This document shows positions 23,325-36,445 of a stretch of DNA of 64,000 nucleotides, piece by piece. Location of the stretch: contig CM052832.1 in assembly GCA_028534125.1 (NCBI GenBank), forward strand, positions 6,202,001 through 6,266,000, given 5' to 3'. A program made the position numbers and the translations under genes. The stretch is from Lama glama (Eukaryota). The notes under the pieces were generated by a model. It was not told where the DNA came from and did no database searches. It was given only the letters and a program-made list of their open reading frames with translations. Positions within the stretch are counted from its first letter, which is position 1; every line of letters starts with the position of its first letter.

Positions 23325-26028
23325 TTGAACCTGAATTTTTTGACATTTTTTAATACAGCATTTATAAAATGAGGCATTGTATTAAAATGTACAAGCACTA
23401 GGTTTATTATTATTATTTTTGTTAATTGCCGATTATGTGATCCATACAGGGCTAGATGATCGGGATACAAAGAAAACAGCAGGAAACAATCCCTGACATT
23501 GAGGGGCTGAGAATCTCTTTGAGATCTTGTGTTCTTTGGCACATAAAAATTGCCTTCCTAACATAGAACTAATGTTCTGTTTTGTTTTGTTTTGAAGACA
23601 TTAAAAATGTAATCAGCCTTTCCTTAGGAGAAAGGAGAAAAGGAAATGGGAGGGCGACCCCAAACAATTGTGCAGATCAAATGGAATAATGAATAAAAAA
23701 TTTGGAAAGTAGAAGGCGTGCTTTAGATATAAGGCACTGTTGTAATGTTTGTGATTTGTGCCGCGGTCCTTGCAGAGAGAAGACTGAAAGGTGATGCGTG
23801 CTCGAAGGCAGCGCATGAGAAATACTGAGTTAGGGGTAGAACAGGGGTTCTGAGAAGGACGCCACCGAGGGTGATGTTTGCAGAGATTTCTAGATTGAAA
23901 TAAAATGCCCTGGAGGTGATTCATCCCCATAGTATTTGAAGTGTCTAGATTGGCTGTGAAAAATCAAGAACGTATATATTTAGAGCAAACGCTAAAAACA
24001 CAAGGCAATAGGCACAGCTAGGGAGTCAATAAATAAAATAAAATTCCAGATTATTTTCATTGGATTCCTGCCTCTCAGATATCCTTCCCGCTGCAGAGTT
24101 TCAGGCCAGATTATAACCACAACACAAAAAGGGGCTCCCTAGAGGTTTGACCTCCTCTCTAGCCTTAATGAGATCAAGAAGGAAAGAAATAGAATTCAGA
24201 AGGGACATCCCAGATTTAGGGACACGAGCAAGACTAGGGGCACGTAAATAAAGAAAGCGCAGAGTCACTGGAGTGGAAGGGTGGGGGATGTGTGAGAAGC
24301 TCAGGGCACTTTTGCTTGAAGCCTGCTTCCTGGAGCTGGTTGCCCCAGGACTGGAGAGGGAGGTGGGTGCCAGCCACAGCCAACCACGAAGGGCACTTGG
24401 GATGAATTTGGGTAAACAAGTGGCTAAGTAGGTTGCTAGCTACGCTTCCAAGACATTGCAGAAGGCAGGAAAAGAGCAAAACCACACTCGTCTCCCTCCC
24501 ACCTGGTGTTTTTGCACCTGTTTTGGTGTGTCATGATGTAGGGGATGTTGCCATCCATCCCTCAAAGGGGCCCTTTTGAGAATCCGGGATAAGTTAATTC
24601 ACAGCTGAGGGTCTGGGGAAGAGCTGGCTGCAAATTCTTAAGAATAAGAGCCCGGAACAAAGGAAACAGGTGGACTCAGTGTGGTAATGGAGCCCAGAGA
24701 GGGGACAGGGCTGTGGCCGTAGAGTCAGCTATTCATCAGAACCTTGCCTCTAACTTCCCATCATCTGGCCACAGTAGACCTTTCTGAACCTCAGTTTCTA
24801 CACCAGTGAGATGAAGTGGTTTTCAGACTTGTTTTAGCTAGGGGCCCTTTTCCAAATAAGTCTCCTGTGGCAGCCACACTTAGAAGCAGAGCTAATTTGG
24901 GTGAGGGTGGGATGTGAAACCAAGACCCTTACCTGTTCCAGCTTTTCTTGATTCTCCTGCAGGGGCCCCTGTGGAACCCTCCTCCAGCATCTCAGGACTC
25001 CTCCGAGCACAGTTTGAAACACTGTATTAAGGGACCATTGAGGTCAATTTCAGTTCCAGCCCAGAAGGAAGCTCTGCCTGTATTTGCATTTCGACATTTA
25101 AAAAAATTGTACCCAAATCGTATTTAATAAATACCAATGCTGAAGGTACAGGCAAGGACTGTGAGGGCTCAGAGCAAGACTGGGGCCAAGGACTGCAGTG
25201 TGTGGGAGGCTAAGGTGTGACATCCTCCCCCAGTGCCTCTCCCCTCACTGGGGACCCAGACTGTCCCCCTTGGAGACTCTCAGAGGAGATATTTTGGCAT
25301 TTACTTGGCCAAATAGAAAATAAGTAGCATGTTGAAAATTTGACAAAGAAATGTTTACTTACATCGAAAAAAACCTGGGGGAGCCTCCAGCCTTTGGATT
25401 GTTCTTTTGGGTGTGCCCTGTTCTGCTTCTGGGCCCTTCAAGTCTGCAGGGCCCATGGAATTAGCGGAAGCATCAAGAGAATTTAGTCAGCCTTGCTCCA
25501 GCCAGTGCAATTATACAGCAGGGTCAGGCAAGCTGCCAGGCTTTTAACATGAAGCAGGCACCCCTGGGGAACGCTGACAGATGACCAGGGGTTGTCTATA
25601 CACGGACGGCCAGGAGCCAGAGACAGCCAGCTGGACATTGCTTCCTGATGAATATGACAGTTCCAGACCTGTGAATATTCCAGGACTGGAAGTGAATGCA
25701 TTCCTGTGGTATTCAAAACAACAACAAGGTCTTCATCATCTTCATTAGAATTGTCATCCTCTTGGTTCGGTGGGTGTTATTCAATTGTTACGGATCTTCA
25801 AGGATGCAACAGTCTACTCTTAAAACACAGGTGGCAGGGAAGAAGCAGGAGCTGTAGAAAAAGGAAGGAGCTCCAGGGTCTGACAGATCCCAGTCGGAAG
25901 CCCAGATCTGCCTCTTACTAGCTGTGTGATCTTGATCTGTTTGTTTATTTTTTTTTTAACTTGTCTGAGCTTCAAGTTGCTTAGTTCTGCAGTGGAAATA
26001 AAGAGCCCACTAGAGCTGCAGGGAGCTC

Positions 26029-26500
26029 TGTTGACTGAAAAAAACATGCACAACCTAAAAGTTGCATGTTATGTTTTATTTCGGGAACTTCATGAGGACT
26101 AGAGCCCGGGAGACAGCCTCTCAGACAGCCTCCCTTTCTCCTGAGAGCTCTGAGGAACTGTTCCAAAGAGGTAGGGGAGGAGCCCAGATATATAGGAATT
26201 TTTGCTGGAAAAAAAAATGTCGTCAAACATCCAAAGATTACTGCTGATCACAAAAACCAGACAGCTCATGTTAAAGATTTTAGTGCTTTTCTATAAATGG
26301 AAAGATGCAAGCATCTGGGCTTATCGCAGTGATTCCTTTGATATGAGTCTTAACTATCTAGGGCCAGTATCCTGTTTTTCTCCATCCTGAATTCCCTTCC
26401 AGGTGCACCGTGCACCCTCAGGACTGCAGGGACTGATGGCTTGATGGTGGGCAACATTCTTTGTTTACTGAAATGGCAGGCAACATTTTCTAAGTCCTCA
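26029..26500 (-). mobile_element. Solo ERV1 LTR (MER41-like, cetartiodactyl type), 472 bp
   Basis: TG...CA termini; 4-bp flanks GCTC/GTTC; on the minus strand a TATA-like TATATA (~26189-26194) precedes AATAAA (~26075-26080). Family name from recall. Confidence 0.8.
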
Positions 26501-26904
26501 GTTCAGCTCTGTAAGTGAGATTAGATGAATAAAATGCATACAGGAAATGCTTAGTAAATAAATGTTTTCTTCCTTTTTGTTCCTGTAAGTCTCATCTTTT
26601 TAAAGAAATAGGTCAAGAAAAGTTTTCTATTTAAATCAACTTTGAGATCTCTTGTATGGGATTATACTGATTTTTTTTCCTTTGTCTATTTTCTAGGTTT
26701 TCTATAGTAAACATGTATCAGGATGTTTGAAATTGTCTAGTACCTGAACAAACTTGGGGTTTAGAAGCAGAATAGGACTCATATCATTAACAAAGTGTTA
26801 ATTGCCTTAACATATAAAGAGTTCCTAGAAGTTAATAAGAGGAAGGCCAACAGTCCAATAGAACTGTAAGTAAAGGAGAAGAATAGGCAGTTTAGAAGAG
26901 AGGA

Positions 26905-27230
26905 AATGCTGTGCTAACAGCTTACAGCTGCTCCCTTTACACAGAATTGCCCTGGGCTGGCTGGAGTCACAAGTACCAGCCGAGGACTGACTGGTAGGAA
27001 ATGTGATCCCCTTGCTTCAAGGCAGAGTTGACTCTGTGGTACAGTTCACACTCCAGTACTCCCAGTGGGATCAGGCTAAAGTTAGATCCCTGATGAGGCC
27101 ACATCCCTGTCTAGCCCTCTCCCTGTCCCATCCTCTTCTCCCCCTCCCTTTCTCCTGAGAGCTCCCTCCATAGTTCACATGTGTCAGAATCCCTGTCTCA
27201 AGCTCTGCATCTAGGTACCTGACCTAGAAC
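26905..27230. mobile_element. ERVL LTR16-like relic
   Basis: 'gactctgtggtacagttcacactccag...gtgggatcaggct...gaatccctgtctcaagctctgcatctaggtacctgacctagaaca'. Confidence 0.65.
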
Positions 27231-28910
27231 AGGCACTAGTGGATGTTTTCAGCAGCATCGCGAAGAAATCTTTCCACACCATCTCTTGATGCCTCCATTG
27301 TCCAGAGATCCCTTTGATAATACTTTGGTGTACATGAAATTATCTGATTCTTATTTATAGAACATTTAGTATCTTCCCTGGCAAATAGTAAGCCCTCAGT
27401 CAACGCTAGCCATCATTATCACCCACGCCCCAGGGCTTTTTTCTATATTTAATAATCATGTGTCAGGCAGTGTTCTAATGTTTCGTGGATAACTCACTTA
27501 GTCCTCACAACCATCCTATCCAGTGGGCACTGTCATTAAAAACGAGGCATCGAGTCTCAGAGAGGTTAAAGAACTGATCCAAGGATCTATAGCAAATAAG
27601 CGACAGAGTTGGATGTGCTATATATGTCTGCATTATATTTTAATCCTCGTTTCACTGATTACCTCTTTGTGGTGGATTGCTTCAGTGTGGGGCTGGAAAT
27701 TTTGCTGCATTTTCAAGAACTCAAGTGTGCATAGTAATTCACTCCAGCTGTGACTGTCTCCTCCCTGTCCTGGGAAGTACTCTGCTCAGAGTCTCAGATG
27801 GGGCTTTCTTCCTGGAATGGCCTCACCCTTTCTAATTATCTAGATCCTAACCACCCTTTAAAAAATCACATCCGATCTTATCTCTAAGATCTGTGCTTTT
27901 CCCTGATGTCTTACTATACGTCACCTCTTACGCAATGAACTCCTATAGCGTTTACTGTGTGTCTAGGTCATTTCTGTCCCTAGCAGCTTCCTGCCACCAC
28001 TGGCCCTGACCCAATCCCTTTCAATACAGGTCGTGCTTACTGTTGTGTCTGTTTCCACCCTCTAGACTGCAAGCCTTTTTTAAGAATCGAGACTTATTTG
28101 CTGTTTCTCCAGGATCTCCTACAGTGCCTGGCACAGAGGAGATTCTTCACAGAAATTTGTTGATTGGATGGATGAATCAACAGACTACTTCTTGTGTGTG
28201 TTTCCTGTTTTTCGTTTGGATGGTAAGGTCCGTAAAGATGGTAAAGACCTCGTTTTCAATTCCCTTTATGACCCTCATGTTTAGCAAATGGGAGGACCAG
28301 GGAAGAAACAAGTCATGGAACCGAACTGGAATTGTCTGTCCTAAGTGATTGGTCACACTGTGGTCTTGCTCTGGGAAGAGGACAGCTCTCTGTGGAAGGG
28401 AAGCCATCCCACGTGAAATCTTACATGGAATGAGAGACATTTTTAATCTCCGAGTGGATTGCACGGCCGGCCCTGTGATGCTGTTTCCATAACTCTGCAT
28501 GTGGCCGAATGTCCTTGCCTTGACCTGGTGAGAACACGTAAACCATGACATTCCAGGAGGGATGTGTGTGGGAGAAGGGATCATGTGATGTGGAGCAAAC
28601 TTTATTTGTAATCCCCTGACTCAGAAGTGACTTCTGGGAAGTGGCAGGAGGTGATTCCACAAAGAGCCTCGCTGGCCTCTTCAAAGACAAGATTTTTCAC
28701 AGGGATGGCACTTTGCCAGCCCGACAGGAAGTGGGTCATGAAGGGACAGCTGACTCCAGGTCCCATGCTGACCAGCGCCTGCTTGGGTCAGGCTACTTTG
28801 TAGCGTGAAGTGTCTCCTTCAGGAGTGGAAAGCTGAGCTAAGCGGATACAGGTGTGTCCTTTGTATGGGAGACCAAGTTCACTTATTTCTGTACATAAAA
28901 ATTCATTTTT

Positions 28911-29486
28911 ATTTTTATTGAAGTATAGTTGATGTCAATGTTGTGTTAGTTTCTGGTGTACAGTAAAGTGATTCATATATATATATATAAATATAAAATT
29001 CCTTTTCATATTCTTTTTCATTATAGGCAATTACAAGCTATTGAATATAGTTCTCTGTGCTGTACAGTAGGACGTTGTTGTTTATTATTTTATATATAGC
29101 AGTTTGTATCTGCTGATCCCAAACTCCTAATTTATCCCTCCACTCTCCCTTTCTCCTTTGGTAACCATAAGATTTTTTTCTATGTCAGTGAGTCTGTTCC
29201 TGTTTTATAAATAAGTTTATCTGTGTCGTTTTCTTTAGATTCCACATATAAGTGATATCATCTGATACTTGTCTTTCTCTGACTTACTTCACTTAGTATG
29301 ATAATCTCTAGGTCCATCCAGGTGGCTGCAAATGTCATTATTTCATTCTTTTTTTATGGCGGATTAGTATTCTATTGTATATATACACCACAGCTTCTTT
29401 ATCCATTCATCCAGTGATGGACATTTAGGTTGCTTCCATATCTTGGCTATTGTAAACAGTGCTATTATGAACATTGGCGTACATGA
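28911..29486 (-). mobile_element. 5'-truncated L1 (ORF2 end + 3'UTR)
   Basis: Antisense 'ttattgaagtatagttgat...ctaggtccatcc...ggacatttaggttgcttcca'; degenerate 16-bp flanks ATAAAAATTCATTTTT / ATAACAGTTAATTTTT. Confidence 0.95.
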
Positions 29487-32400
29487 TAACAGTTAATTTT
29501 TAAAATGCATCAAAGAGCTTGTGATTCAATTACCCCAATGCACACTTCTTCAGCATGAACTATCTGACCCTCCCTGCCTTTCAAGTTTATCTATTTTGCA
29601 AGGATACATGATCAATATTGGGGCTTTTCCAAAGAAACACATATTTATCTTCTAGGAATAGGGAAAAAGCAGCCAACTACGGGGGTTCATTGTGCTGTGG
29701 AGAACGGTTCAACGTTGCTCTCAAAGCAGTGCCCAGACAGCTTCACGATCGCCTCAAGGTCACTCTGTGGACCGCGCTGCTTTAAGCCAGAAAAGATGGG
29801 GGCTCCTTGGGTTGGGGTCAGGGTTGGTATAGGAGAAATTCTGGGCAGTCACAGATGTAAGAAGTGCTTGTTCCCTCTAACTTTGTTTGCTTAAGAAGAG
29901 AAGAGAAGTCCACATGCCTGTTTGAAGCCTAGTGGGGCTGTTTTCACTCCGAACACACAGAGAAAGCCCGTGATCGTTCCCGGAATGCTGGTCTCACCAT
30001 TTATTGTCCTTGGATTTAATGCCTGTTTTGCATTCGGAATAAAGATTCATTCATTCCTGTGCCAAGAAATAAAGGATTCAATTGTTTTCCCAAATTGTTC
30101 CAAGACCATCTATTTTTTTTTTTCTTTCTGAGGCTGACAAGGCCAGATAGCATCTTTCTTGGCCCCATGATCTGGTCTCCAGAGGAGAGCTTGTGCTCTC
30201 TTTTGTCTGAGCTTTTCTGCGACAATGCTGTGACACAGAGCAGACCTGTCCCTGCAGTGCCAGGAACCTCGCCCCCTCCACAAGGCTCCTTAACAACGTC
30301 TGCCGATTGCCAAGCAGACTCACTGTAATTCTCCACCGTAAGGACCACTGTGTCGCCTGACTAGGAAGAGCCATGATGAGCCCCGGGCAGCTCCTAACTC
30401 GATCCACGGGGGGAAAAGGAGTGTAGCTGATTTGCATGCTGCGACATGGTCCATCCCAGGATATTCCCTGATTACTCACCAGAATAAAGGCCACTTTAAT
30501 TAAAACAAACACAAAAGTGTGAAAAGAATAAAGGGCTAAAGAAGTTCCAAGTAAGTTGGTTATCTCTTCGGAGAAAAACCACGCCCAGGGGCTGCAGTCT
30601 GAACAGTTTCCAACAGAAGGTTCTGATTCATTTAGAAGGTTGCATTCCAAGCCTCATGACCACGGTCATGTTGTCTCTTCCACATCTGCCCTCCTAAACC
30701 TTCCTCACGCCCCTCAGGCCTCCTCTGCCTGCAGGCCTCCTGGCCTCCAGCCTCGGACAGAAGTCAGAGGCACCCCTCGACCCCACACTCGCTCTCTTCC
30801 TCCAGTTCCGGACGAAGGCAGCCTCTCCCCAGTCTCCTGCTGTCTCTCCTGCTGTGTTCTTCACCCAGATGTCTCCTCCAGAGCTCGTTCCAAGTCGTGT
30901 CTGCTCCGAATTGTCAAGTCCTTTCCTCAGCCAACTCCTCCCATTGCCGCCTCCTATAAAAACCCCCAGGTCTCTCTAATCTTCTGAAAACACCCTCTCT
31001 TGACCTGTGTCTCTCTTTCTCTGTCTCCCCTAGAACTTCCCTTTCTCTTCCCTTCCCAGAGAAGATCCTTCAAAGGATACTTTACATTTAATATCTTGAC
31101 TTCTGTGCACACTCTGTGTGCTACAATTTTCATGAGTATGGTTTCTTTTTTAAACCTTCAACCTCCCTGACATCAACTTTCCCACTCCTGGCCTGCAGTG
31201 CCAAGACAATGGTTGGAATAGGACACTGAAGACCTAACTGTCGAAGGCAAAGGGCTCACTTTATCTTCAGCTAGTTCGACTTTTACACTGGTCTCTATGA
31301 TCCATCCCTTCTGCTTGAAATTCTACTCCCGGCCCTGGTGAGCCCCCCTGGGGTCTGACACTGGCCTTGGGTTGCTGGTCACTCTCACCAGGGACTTTCT
31401 GAAATATCTAAGGGAGATCTGGAGGCAGACAGGCCTGGCCTGGTTGCAGACTGGCTCAGGACTCTTTGATCGCAAGTCTCTCCCTCTTTTCAAGCCAGAA
31501 GAAGTCTCCAGTCCCCTCTTCTGTCTGTCCCTTTCCTCCTTGAGACAGATCACCAGGCCTGCATGAAAGAGAGTGGAGCAGCTGGCTGTCTCTCGCAGCA
31601 CCCTTCCCACTTGCCAGAAGTCTAAGTGGCAGGGGCTGGCTGGTCCTTGCTGGTTATTTCCTTTGAGACAGCGGCCAGAGGAAGGGTGGGAGTCAAGGCA
31701 GGCCGGAAGAGAAATGCTGTTGAACCCTGCCCGGCTCAGCAAATGAAAGCCTGCAGGCCTTTGGCTGAAGATAGCACAGGAAGGGACTAGCAGAGCCCAG
31801 TTTCAATCGCTGCTCCTCCGTGTTTACATCAGCGAGCCCTGGGCACGGCCCTGCTGGCCGTCTGGGTGTTAGTAGCTGTTGGCTCATGGCCGGATTGGAG
31901 AGAGATTCCAGCTTTCGGAGGGAGTGGAGGGAAATAGGAACAATGTGTCCCATTCACCCAGGGGGTAGGGGGGCCTCCAGCGTGGCCAGATGTACAGGCC
32001 CCCCAGCTTCAAGGGACTGTCCATTCCCACACCCAGAGCCAAACGGGCCAGAAGAACCCCAGATGTGGAGGTGGACGAGCTCTTATGCTAGGATGTGGTT
32101 CAGCTCTCTGACATCAGCTAGGGAAAGTGGGATCCTATCCAGTTGATAGATAAAGCAATCACAACCTGGCCATACTTTAGGTCATACAGCTCAGAAATAG
32201 ACTGAGGGGGAAGGATGGTCAGGTGGGAATGCAGTCGCAGGTCCCCTTTGTCCCCTCTTGGGGACGCTCTGGCAACCTGGCCAGCCTGGACCAGCATGAG
32301 CAACCTTGCGGCAATAGTGCCCGCCTGTCTGCCCCATACGCACCCCAACCCATCCGCAGGCCACTACATCCTTTCCAGAAATTGCCAGAGCCTAACAGCC

Positions 32401-33334
32401 TAGTATCCAAGGCTTAAGTGTGTGGTCTTGGTTATTTGCGGGCAGCCATTCCCATAGGAGCCGAAGCAGTCAGGGAGAAGCAGCTGGGGGGAAGAGAACT
32501 TGATTCAGGCTTTAACGTCTCCATAGGATTTGATGAAATGCAGCAAAGGGAAATGAGCTTCCCAGGAAGCTGCTTTTTTCCTTTTTCAAAGCATTTGTTA
32601 TTTTATTATTAATTATTTATAGTCACTAGCGAAGCGCTCTAAGTGCATCATCTCATTTAACCTTCACAACAACCCTATGAGGCAGGCATCAACTGTTCTA
32701 GGTTAATGGATGAGGCTTGGAGGTTGAGGGGGGCAAATGCTTCATTTGGCCTCATCAGCTGATTCATTGAAATTGGATTCAAACCCAGCACTTGTCCCTC
32801 TGAGCCCTTATTCTTAATCCCTTCTCTATCCTGCTTCTCACGGTGGAACGGGAGAGACAAGACAGTGTTCTGAGAAGGCATGGGGAGCGGAGATTGATTG
32901 GCAGAGCTGTGCAACTGACGTGCATTTTCTGTGGTCAGACATGGGTTCAGTGCTCGATACTGTCTTGGGCATCTGCCGACCCAACACTTAGCCTTCATAT
33001 CAATGCTATAGAAAACCCTTCTGTAACAGTGTAAATGGTATCCTCCAAATTCCTCTTCACATGATGCAAAGTCAGTTCCTTGGGAGGCTAATGAAATGAT
33101 CTGGCTGAATGTGCTCCTCCGCAGCCTTATTAGACCCAATTCTTATGATTAGAGATGATGTAGTTTCACTCTAACTGTCCCTTTGTTCATGTCCTTTATT
33201 AATTTGTGTGATCCCTGAGGATGGAGATTGTTGGTATTTAGCTCAATTAAGTCCCTCAGTAATTGAAGGAACTCTCTCCAATTCCCTTGGTCCTCTCCAT
33301 TGGCTTTCAAGTCAAATTAATTAAATCAGATTAT

Positions 33335-33447
33335 TTGGTGGTAAACATTTCACAATATATACATATATCAAATCATCCCACTGTACACCTTAAACTTACA
33401 CAATGCTCTGTGTCAACTATATCTCAATAAAGCTGGGGGAAAAAAGA
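33335..33447 (+). mobile_element. Old L1 3' tail
   Basis: 'atatcaaatcat...tgtacaccttaaacttacacaatg...tatctcaataaagctgg' + A-rich tail. Confidence 0.8.
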
Positions 33448-34952
33448 AAATGCTTATTTTCAGCCATTCCATTTTGAGTAGACTTACAAAGAAGTTAGAC
33501 TCAGAGCCTACATTGCCTCCTTCTCAAATGGTTGAACGGTTTTTAAGAACTTACAGCAGCAATTTAAATTTATATTCTAGGACCCAAATAAAACCTCTGA
33601 AGTGGCATTTCTTCTAACCAGTAGGTCCAGAAACGTTTATGCATTGTGCATATTGGAACGGAACTTCATCCTTTGAAATGTCTCGAGACTTCTTGTAAAG
33701 TTAGTTTTAAACCATGTACTTAAGGTCTTGTGACTCCTAAATTTGGACCGACAGGCACTAAGGCATGATTTCAAGGTCAGGGGTGAAAAGCTTAGGAACC
33801 TAAGGTGGACAAACCTGACTTCCAGAGTCAGCTTTTTCACGGATTGTGTGACCCTGGATGAGCTGGCTAAACTTTCAAAGCCTTGGTTTCATCACTGCAC
33901 AATGGAATTAAAAATAAAACTCATCAGAGGTGGTTATTGGGAAATTTAACTGAGAAAATACATCCAAAGGCTTTCCTGGCACTAGGAAGTGTTCCCTAAG
34001 TGTGAAATTAGAAGGCAAAATAAATTAGTGGCACTGCCTCAGCTATTTTCATCCTAAAGGCTATTTGTGTCTCCTGGGAAGGAGGAGGTGGCGAAGGAGG
34101 CCAGGAGGGTGGAGGAAGTGTCGTGGAGTGTTTATTGTGGGACAACAGTGTGGAAAACTGCTTCAACAGGTTGTATGAGTCAGTGGGGAACTGCACAGGT
34201 GTTGTTATGCCTGAAGAAACTCACCACCACCATCCTCCCTGCCCCCATAAAGGGACATCCTCACCATTTTCTCCGAGGGGCAATTCTCCATTTCTCAGTA
34301 CAGAAACCTGTTCTGCAAATCATTACATCCCTTTCCCAGAGACCACTCCAGAGAGTCTACCCTCAGCCAAAAGCTCCTTTACTTTTCCTTGGGTTTTCTT
34401 TCTTGTGTCTTGTATGCGAGCCAACACCTAACAGGGTCCTACTGACAAGAAGAACTGATACTGGTACCTCTCAGTGTCGTCCCCATGTCCAAGTGGTCAC
34501 TCTGGGAAGACACCGCCCTTGGAGACCTGTCGGGATATTGGGTCGTGGTGAAGAGTGGTGATGCTTCTTGAGTGAGCCTGAAGGGTTAGAGTTCTTGGGG
34601 GCAGATGGACATACTGTAGGGACCTTCTAGCATTGTGTGTGTTGGCATCTACCGACGTTGCTGGAGTCATCTGTGGGATCAGGGTGGCTAAGGGGACACA
34701 AGTAAAGTGCCAGAAACTTTCTGTACCATTGACAAAGGTCAGCATCTTGCTCTATTGATGGCTTCTGTGTAACACCTATACCTCATTGATTTTTATCTAT
34801 TTCTAGTTGGTTAAATAGATGGGTCTCAACAAGATAGTATGACTTTAAAATTTTTAAAGAACATGGTGGAAATCTTGTGGAGACCTGTAAGGGCAGCATG
34901 AAAAATCTAGAACCTTAGACCCTGAGCTAGATAGTCTATGGCTAGTTAGCTT

Positions 34953-35318
34953 GGTGCGATAACTAACTTTTATGTGTCAAATCAGATGGGACACAGGGTC
35001 CCCAGATATTTGGTCAAACGTTATTCGAGGTGTGCCGGGGAGGGTGTTTTTGGATGGCGTTAATGCTTGAATTGGTGGCTGAACAAAGCAGATTGCCTTC
35101 TCTGACGTGATGTGTGGTTCTCCTCCAATCAACTGAAGACCTGAATAGAACAAAAAGGCTGACCTTCCTGTGACCAGAGGGAATGTCAATGCTGCCTGAT
35201 TGATTGAGACGGGACATCGGTCTTTCCCAGCCTTCAGGCTTGGACTGAAACATCTGCTCTTCTTGGATCCCGAGACTGCCAGCTTTCAAGCCAGAACTGA
35301 CACTGTTGGTTCTCCTGA
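34953..35318 (+). mobile_element. MLT2 (ERVL) LTR fragment
   Basis: 'ttttatgtgtcaa...cccagatatttggtcaaacgttatt...aaagcagattgcc...tgaagacctgaatagaacaaaaaggctgacc'. Confidence 0.85.
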
Positions 35319-36274
35319 TTTAGTTCATACAAACTTTACTTGACCTTCATGAAGTAGTCTCCATTCGGGGAAGTGCACAAGTTGGTGGAAGGCAGGAAGC
35401 TTTTACAGGGTAAAGAATAAGGAATAAGGAAGAGAAAACTGAAAATATCTGATCGGCTGGGACCAAGTAGTTTACTTTGTTTGGGGTGTGAAAGAACAGG
35501 GAAATAAATACAGAGCCCAGAGGTGGCTTGGTGTTTGGGGACTGGCTGACTGGATAGGCTGTATTTCTGGTCAAGGGGAGCATTTACAAGGACGCAAAAG
35601 TTCTCCAAGTTTCAGTTTGCTGATGTGATACCCCAGGCAGAAGTGGCTCCATCTTGGGCCCAGAAAATTATTTCAGTGGGTGTAACTTTTTCTTACAGAA
35701 TTGTGAGAACAATTTACATATTCAAGAACAGGGTCACTTATCCACTGAAACATTTTTCAAGTAATTATTTATATTTGAATGTTATCCATTGTAATTTTTG
35801 CCACGAAGAATTCCTGCCCCCTGTTTATGTATGCAAATATCAATTTTTTTTTGTCATGGCTGAGTGATGGATTTACATTACAAAGGTTTCGCTATTAAAT
35901 CAACAAATTAAAGGATGCAATTCTGTTTTCCCCTAGTGTCTTTATAATTTCATATTTTGTTTTTAAATTTTTCACCCAGACGAAGTTGATTCCGGTGTAA
36001 GTCACGAGGGAGGATGTGTATTTACACAACCTCTAAGTGGTGAGAGTGGGGGCTCTTGTAGGTGATCTGTGGGCTGTGAAACAAGAGCTGTAGGAGAATC
36101 ATTTTTCAATGAACATACTTTTGTCATGTTGAGCTTTGTATCCTGTTCTTGTGAAATCTACCCAAAATTCATGGAAGTAGTAAATTCTTGGCTGTGATGA
36201 AAAAAGCAGCAAGAAGATGGACAACCTCCACTTGGCCCCCGGGAAACAGCACCAGGGCAGGACTATGGAAACAG

Positions 36275-36445
36275 TAGGGTCAGATCTGCCCATTTTTCAA
36301 AAGAAGCTGAAATCTGGATTTTCATGTGCAATCCCCTGATGTTTAAATGTTAGCAACTAATTCAGAGTCTTGAGAAAATTGCACGGGCCAAGCAACACAC
36401 ATCTGCAAGCCAGATGGGGCCACGGGATGCCAGTTTGAGACCTGC
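36275..36445. mobile_element. MER103-like hAT relic
   Basis: 'aaatctggattttcatgtg...tttaaatgttagcaactaattca...gggccaagcaacacacatctgc...gccagtttgagacct'. Confidence 0.65.
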
